DNA from: Flaccisagitta enflata
Lineage: Eukaryota
Direction of reading: 5' to 3'
Length of the DNA stretch: 64,000 nt
Assembly: GCA_965153355.1 (NCBI GenBank)
Contig: OZ231126.1
Location: 18,724,001-18,788,000 of the forward strand
Shown here: positions 55,888-64,000 of the stretch, piece after piece
How positions within the stretch are numbered: the first letter of the stretch is position 1
Layout of the letters: each line of letters begins with the position of its first letter
Notes under the pieces: model-generated
Database searches by the model: none
What the model was told of the DNA's origin: nothing
Seen by the model: only the letters and a program-made list of their open reading frames with translations
Position numbers and translations under genes: made by a program

Positions 55888-58800
55888 TAGAGGGGGTCAT
55901 AGAGTGATGTTTTTGGAAATTCATTACAGAACTCCGGATTCTGAGGGTTTATCAAATGTATAAAAGAGGGAAAAAAATTTTGAGCCCATAGGTTTTGAGG
56001 AATAATCTTCCAAAATGCGTCAAAGTTGAGGTGTCAAACCCACAAAAATCGCAAAAATTGCAAAAATCGCCAAAATTACAGGTTTTTCTAGATGGGACAA
56101 TCAAACTTTTTTTTTGTTCTAGGAAGAGTGTCATCAGTGAAAAGTTTACTTTTTATGCCTAGTTTAAGATAAAAAAAAGGTTAGAGCCTTATTTCCCAAA
56201 TCTTCATACCCAGGAGCAAATGTTCTGACTCCCCTTTTAGGGGTGTGTGGCACTATCGAAAAAAGCCCAAATTTGTGACTGTTTGCCTTGTATTCTTTAC
56301 TTTTTCTCAACAGATTGGTAAAAAACCTTGGGCCTGGTCTTGTTTGAAGGACATTTAATAGTAGAATTTGAAATATGGAGAATCCACAGGCAAGGGCCCC
56401 TCTGGGGCCTTCCAGGGGTCCGTAAAGGGCCATCAAATGGCCATAATAGCTAAAAATAGCCAGAAAATGAGTTATTTTGTTGATGGTTTGTCTCAGATGT
56501 ATTTGAGGAGGAAGACTTTATATCAAGATACTGTCATTTGGTGTAGGAAAACAAAAAGTTAGGTCAGGGGCTCCTATGGGACCCATCTGAGGGGCCCCAA
56601 AAGACGTAAGATGGGCAAAAATTACCACTATCCTAATAATATTTTTTCAATTTTTACACTTTTTGGTCTCCTTTTGTTATTAAATGCCTAATTATCCATT
56701 CACCTACCATCCTCAAGTGCAGCAGAGCAAAGTGAAAATAAATGTGAAGGCTGAGGACCCCTAGATGGGCCCACTTAGAGAGTCTGAGGCGCCTAGTAGA
56801 CTTCAAATTAGCCCTTGAGAGATAAATGTCAGACCTTGCAGTTGAGAAATCAGCCCTTTCACGCCTCAAATCAACACTCTCAGACTTCAAATTAACCCTC
56901 TCTGACCTCAAATTGGTCCTTACATATCATCAGTCAGCTATTTCAGGCCTACCATTAGACCTCTCAAGACTTAGATCAGCTTCTTCAGGCCATAAGAAAG
57001 CCCTTTAGGATCTCAAATGAACACTTGCGGCTGGCGCTGAACCACATATCAAAACAAAAACAATAACCAGGGAGGTCCAGATTACGAAAACTGCCACACT
57101 GCAGAATTTGACATTGGCTACTGCACATTGAAAGTACACAGAAAACAGGAATCTTTTGTGTTTTGTGTTTCTTTCTAAACTCTAAATTCTGTGAGAAATT
57201 ACAATATTTCAGTATCCAGAATCATTGCTTTCTCTTTTCTAACAAAAAAGCTGATTTTCAGTATTCCCAGAGTTCCAGTATTTCCATAGTTTAATTTGCA
57301 TTTTCATTGTATTTCTTCCATGCCTGCTGCCCCGGCTTCAATTACCAAATTCCTTCCTTTAAGCTCTGCTGTATGAAGCCATCATATGCTCTGTTGAATT
57401 TACAGAATTCTCATTGTCCATGATCAGGCTGATTAGGCTGATTTTTGACTTGAGAATGCTGATTTGAGGTCAAAGAGGGAGAATTTGAAGTCTGAAAGTG
57501 TTGATTTGAGGCTTAAAAGGCTGATTTAAGACTTATCAGGATTGATGTATATGACCAGAGGGCTAATTTGATGTCTAGAGCAAAGAAGAGCTGATTGGAA
57601 GTCTGAAAGGGATAATGAAAAGCTTCAGATGGCTGAATTCAGACTTGGGGCATGAGAGTGCTGATTTAAACCCTAGGAGGTTGATTAGTGACTTGAGAGA
57701 GCTGATTTGAGGTCTCAATGGCTAACCAATGGCTAGAAAATGCTAAATTAAGGTTCAAGTAAGGTGAATTATTACCTTAGAGCACTCTTGGCCTTCAAAT
57801 CAGGCCTGAAAAGGCTGATTGAGGTCTCTCTGAAATCTCAGAAAGCCATTACAAGGCCAGTGAAGGCCAATTTGAGGCCTGTGAGGACTGATTCAGGCCT
57901 AAGGAGGCTGATCTTATGTTCAAACAAGGAATATCATGATCTAAGAGCCAAATTTGACTTCAAATCAGGATAGAAAAGATGTAAAATGGGTAAAAATGAC
58001 CAATGTCTCAAAAAATTTTACAATTTTTTTGTTCCCTTTAAAATTAGATTTCTATTATCTATTCAGCTACCTTCATCAAGTGAAGCACACCTGAGCAAGA
58101 ATAAATAGGGGGCCCACTCAGAGGGCACCAAAAATGGTCAAATGACTAAAATCTTGACATTTCAATGCCATTTGTCTCCGTCAATCAATTCATCAACACA
58201 AAGTTTATAGGACAATGATTGCATTCATTCATTTGTCCATTCATTCAATCTTCATTCATTCATTCATTTCACTGTTGAATTAACTGAGTTTCAGAGAGGC
58301 TGATGATCAATGATTCCACATTTCTCCATCTTGAAACTACCCTTTTGCCACAAATCATGCCATAGAGGTCCCAAATCAGCCTTTTCTAACCTGATTTGAA
58401 GTCAGAGGTGACTCTTAAATCATAATATACCCTGTTTGAACATAATATCAGCCTCCTTAGACCTGAATCAGTCCTCAAATTGGCCTTGGCTGGCCTCATA
58501 ATGGTTTTCTGAGACTTCAAGGAGGCCTTTTCAGGCTTTTCAGGCCTGATTTGAAGGCCAAGAGTGCTTTGAGGTAATAATTCACCTTGCTTGAACCTTA
58601 ATTTAGCATTTTCTAGCCATTGGTTAGCCATTGAGACCTCAAATCAGCTCTCTCAAGTCACTAATCAACCTCCTAGGGTGTAAATCAGCACTCTCAAGCC
58701 CCAAGTCTGAATTCAGCCATCTGAAACGTTCCATTATCCCTTTCAGACTTCCAATCAGCTCTCCTTTGCTCTAGACATCAAATCAGCCCTCTGGACATAT

Positions 58801-60425
58801 ACATCAATCCTGATAAGTCTTAAATCAGCCTTTTAAGCCTCAAATCAACACTTTCAGACTTCAAATTCCCCTCTTTGACCTCAAATTGGCATTCTCAAGT
58901 CATAAATCAGCCTAATCAGCCTGATCATGGACGATGAGAATTCTGCAAATTCAACAAAGCATGTGATTCATACAGCAGAGCCTAAAGAAAGAATTTGGTA
59001 ATTGACGCAGGGGCAGCAGGCATGGAAGAAATATGATGAAAATGCAAATTAAACTATGGAAATACTGGAACTCTGGGAATACTGAAAATCAGCTTATTTG
59101 TCAGAAAAGAGAAAGCAAAAGTTCAAGTAATGATTCTGGATACCTTGTTACTCATCAGAGAATTTAGAGTTTAGAAAGGAACACAAAACACAAAAGATTC
59201 CTGTCTTCTGTGTACATTCAATGCACACTAGCCAATGTTAAATTCTGCAGTGTGGCAGTTTCCGTAATCTGGACCTCCATGGTTATTGTTATTGTTCTGA
59301 TATGTGGTTCGGCGCCAGCTGCAAGTGTTCATTTGAGATCCTAAAGGGCTTTCTTATAGCCTGAAAAAGCTGTTTAAGTCTTGAGAGGTCTAATTGTAGG
59401 CCTGAAATGGCTGACTGATGATATGTAAGGAGAGTTAATTTGAAGTCTGAGAGTGTTGATTTGAGGCATGAAAGGGCTGATTTCTCAACTGCAAGGTCTG
59501 ACATTTATCTCTCAAGGGCTAATTTGAAGTCTACTAGGCGCCTCAGACTCTCTAAGTGGGCCTATCAGGGGGTCCTCAGCCTTCACATTTATTTTCACTT
59601 TGCTCTGCTGCACTTGAGGATGGTAGGTGAATGGATAATTAGGCATTTAATTACAAAAGGAGACCAAAAAGTATAAAAAATATTATTAAGATTTTGGTCA
59701 TTTTTGCCCATTTAATGTCTTTTGGAGGCCCTCAGATGGGTCCCATAGGAACCACAGACCTAACTTTTTGTTTTCCTACACCAAATGACAGTATCTTGAT
59801 ATAAAGTCTTCCTCCTCAAATACATCTGAGACAAACCATCCACAAAATAACTCATCTTATAGCTATTTTTAGCTATTATGGCCATTTGATGGCCCTTTAC
59901 GGACCCCTGGAAGGCCCCAGAGGGGCCCTTGCCTGTGGATTCTCCATATTTCAAATTCTACTATTAAATGTCCTTTAAACAAGACCAGGCCCAAGGTTTT
60001 TTACCAATCTGTTGAGAAAAAGTAAAGAATACAAGGCAAACAGTCACAAATTTGGCCTTTTTTCGATAGTGCCACACACCCCTAAAAAGGGGGGTCAGTA
60101 CATTCGCTCCTGGGTATGAAGATTTGGGAAATAAGGCTCTAACCTTTTTTTTATCTTAAACTAGGGATAAAAAGTAAACTTTTCACTGATGACACTCTTC
60201 CTAGGACAATAAAAAACTTGATTGTCCCATCTAGAAAAATCTGTAATTTTGGCGATTTTGGCGATTTTCGCGGGTTTGACACCTCAACTTTGACGCATTT
60301 TGGAAGATTATTCCTCAATACCTATGGGCTCAAAATTTTTTTCCCTCTTTTATACATTCAATAAACCCTCAGAATCCGGAGTTCTGTAATGAATTTCCAA
60401 AAACATCACTCTATGACCCCCTCTA
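55888..60425. mobile_element. hAT-type foldback element with about 2.1-kb inverted arms
   Basis: Termini tagagggggtcatagagtgatg / catcactctatgaccccctcta. Arms at about 55888-57978 and 58381-60425. 8-bp TSD ATGTTGAG at 55441-55448 and 60426-60433. Confidence 0.92.
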
Positions 60426-60767
60426 ATGTTGAGTCGCGTATCCAAGAGAGATACTAAAAACCACCAAAAATCATAAATTTCACCTTACTACACCTGATGT
60501 AGGTACTCAGGGTCTACTGAGGCGGCTAGGAAAAGAAAACAAAACAAAAACAAAACAAAACAAAATAAAACCAAAAACCAAAACAGAAAACGAGCTTTAA
60601 ACTGCCTGAAAGACTAACGTTTGAAAATATTATGGACCAACGGACGAATCGACAGACTGATGTAGAGACCATCGTAAAGATAAGCGATCTGGCGTTACAA
60701 TATCGTCGCGGGCGGGCGGACAGGATCTTAAGGGGCACACACACACACACACAGAGTCACACACACA

Positions 60768-60868
<101 letters not shown>

Positions 60869-61552
60869 TGAGTGAGTGAGTCGTGACTGTCCTCAGTGTC
60901 CTTAGTTCCCTCAGAGATCATAAATCTCTGGTTAGTAAAAATGATAAGTTCATCGTACTTGTTGCTTTTGTTACTCATTTTTTGTTGCGGACACGCAACT
61001 CTATTTGAGGCTTTGTCCGTCCGTCGGTCGGTCCGTCATTCGGTCCGTAACGCTCGAGTTGAAAAGAGGGAAAACGCGCGTTTCCGCCCCTGCCCACCCG
61101 TCCGCAACTGGTGGCCGTGTATCCGGCCTTGTTTAATCGCGTGCTCAAATTATCCTAGTCGAGTACTTTCATCTGTCAATATTTGAAGTTTGAACCCAGA
61201 CTGATTCATCGAATCAGTAATCCAAAGTTCATAATCCTCGCGATAAAGTAGAAGTAAGAAAAGTGCTCCCTTGCGATGAATAAGAAGACTAGAGGCGAAA
61301 TTGTATTACACGCACGCGCAACCTTCATTGTCAAAGTTGCGATGCATAAATATGCTATTTTGCCATTGCAGACCGACGGATGGACAGTCTCTTTCACAGT
61401 CGCGAGTTTACGATTAAAGAGCTCATGATGCTGGAAAACAGATGACGCCAAAAATTTTCGGCACCAACGGGTGGCTTGTGTATCACTGTGTCACTGTTCC
61501 TGCCCGTCTGTCGCTATCTGAGTTACCTCCTATACATATTTTTTTCCCTTTT

Positions 61553-62112
61553 TGGGCAGCGGCCCCAAAGGGCCGATGTCCTGTAGAACACAGGGGGGAA
61601 TTTCCATACGTCCGTCCGTCCGTCCGTCCTTCCGTCCGTCCGTCCATCCGTCCGTCCCCCCCCCGTTGGCCTCAAATTCGCTCTCCCAGCCCTCAAATTT
61701 GCCCTCCCAGCCCTCAATTCAGCCCTCCAGGCCTCAAATCAGCTTTCCAGGCTTCAAATCAGCCCCCCCACCTCAAATCTGTCCTCCAGACCTCAAATCT
61801 GCCTTCCAGACCTTCAATTAGCCCTCCAAGCATAAAATCAGCCCTCCATGGCTTAAATTTGCCCTCCAATCCTCAAATCGGCTCTCCAAGCCTTGATTCT
61901 GCCCTCCAGCCTTCAAATATGCCTTCAGCGGTCTAAATCAGTCATCTAAGGCCTGAAATATGCCCCCTCAGGACGTATGGAAATTCCCCCCTGTGTTCTA
62001 CAGGACATCGGCCCTTTGGGGCCGCTGCCCTGCTCTCACTCCACTTTTTCACTGGATCACTCCCAGCAGGGCATCGGGTACCGCTGACCATGTGCGATCC
62101 TTGGATGACTAG
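61553..62112 (+). mobile_element. Complete HINE-like family B element
   Basis: T-run, gggcagcggccccaaagggccgatgtcctgtagaacacaggggg, (cgtc)n, 21-bp repeats, inverted sub-TIR, ...gtaccgctgacc..., T-run. Confidence 0.75.
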
Positions 62113-62183
62113 TTTTTTTTGCTCAGTCGAACGCGACTTTGCCGAGTGAAGACCTGCTTCCTTTTTTTGCATCTTCGATTTAG

Positions 62184-63346
<1,163 letters not shown>

Positions 63347-63408
63347 TTTCATGCAAAAATTCTTTTCTTTATCTGACACATTTTCACTAAAACTACGTGC
63401 GGAACAGC

Positions 63409-64000
63409 TTATCGGGAAAAAAGTCGAAGTCAGTCTTCGACTTTTTGACATATTCGAGAGAAACATGGTTTTCATTTTCTTATTAGGAAGTTGCGGGTCT
63501 CTTCCGGCTGATTGTGGCCTCCAATGAAATTGATAGGGTAAGTAAATTTGATAATTCTCTTTCATTTGGCACCAAGCAGAATTCTCTACGTCAAATATTT
63601 TTTGCGCTATGATTTTTTAAAGATTTATTTACAAATATTCAAATTGATTTTTTTTCAATTTTTTATGATTTTATGTAGGATCAATAAAAAAGTGTATCTA
63701 TATTTGTTTGAACATGCAAATACAAGAAAACATGTTTATGAGCATAGCTGCTCATCTGTCAAGATGTTTTTTAGTATTCTAGCTCATCTAGCTCATTTAG
63801 CTCATTTAGCATTTAAATCGATAAATAAAGAAATGATTTTAATCATTTCCGGGCATGCAAATACAAGAAAGCATGTCCTCAAGCATACTTTCATCTGTGT
63901 AAGTGATTTGGAGTATTTTAGCTCATTTAGCTCATTCAGCTCATGCTTTTTTTTCTTTTATTGGGAAAAAAATCGAAAAACTTTTTTCGATTTTTTGAGT
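63409..64000 (+). mobile_element. 5' part of another Helentron/HINE-like family (related ends at about 50865 and, inverted, at 53150-53257)
   Basis: Palindrome aaaaagtcgaag-tcagt-cttcgacttttt and agctcattt repeats. The first ~110 bp match the reverse complement of 53150-53257. Confidence 0.55.

Overview
This is eukaryotic, repeat-rich genomic DNA from an invertebrate animal; the taxon cannot be determined from the sequence. Four protein-coding genes could be assembled by hand with phase-consistent splice sites. (1) A 15-exon secreted astacin metalloprotease with LDLa, EGF and ShK-like domains (+, 14553-33704, about 720 aa). (2) A 10-exon mitochondrial glutaryl-CoA dehydrogenase, GCDH (-, 34759-52909, 439 aa). 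(3) A CIPC-like clock gene (-, 37802-39058) nested on the same strand inside a 12-kb GCDH intron, with a cluster of non-canonical E-boxes upstream. (4) A two-exon Thr/Ser-rich type I membrane protein (+, 62184-63346). Most of the rest is non-autonomous transposons: TA-flanked Tc1/mariner-type MITEs, 8-bp-TSD elements (hAT-, P- or Merlin-like), several Helentron-associated (HINE/DINE-1-like) families, a 5'-truncated Penelope-like RT, a LINE remnant, a 4.5-kb hAT-type foldback, and many microsatellites. The most notable observations are an astacin intron that is almost exactly one TIR transposon (possible transposon-created intron), the nested CIPC-like gene, and structured, ribozyme-like RNA motifs in the Penelope-like 3' region. 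Most short ORFs in the supplied track are artefacts of repeats.
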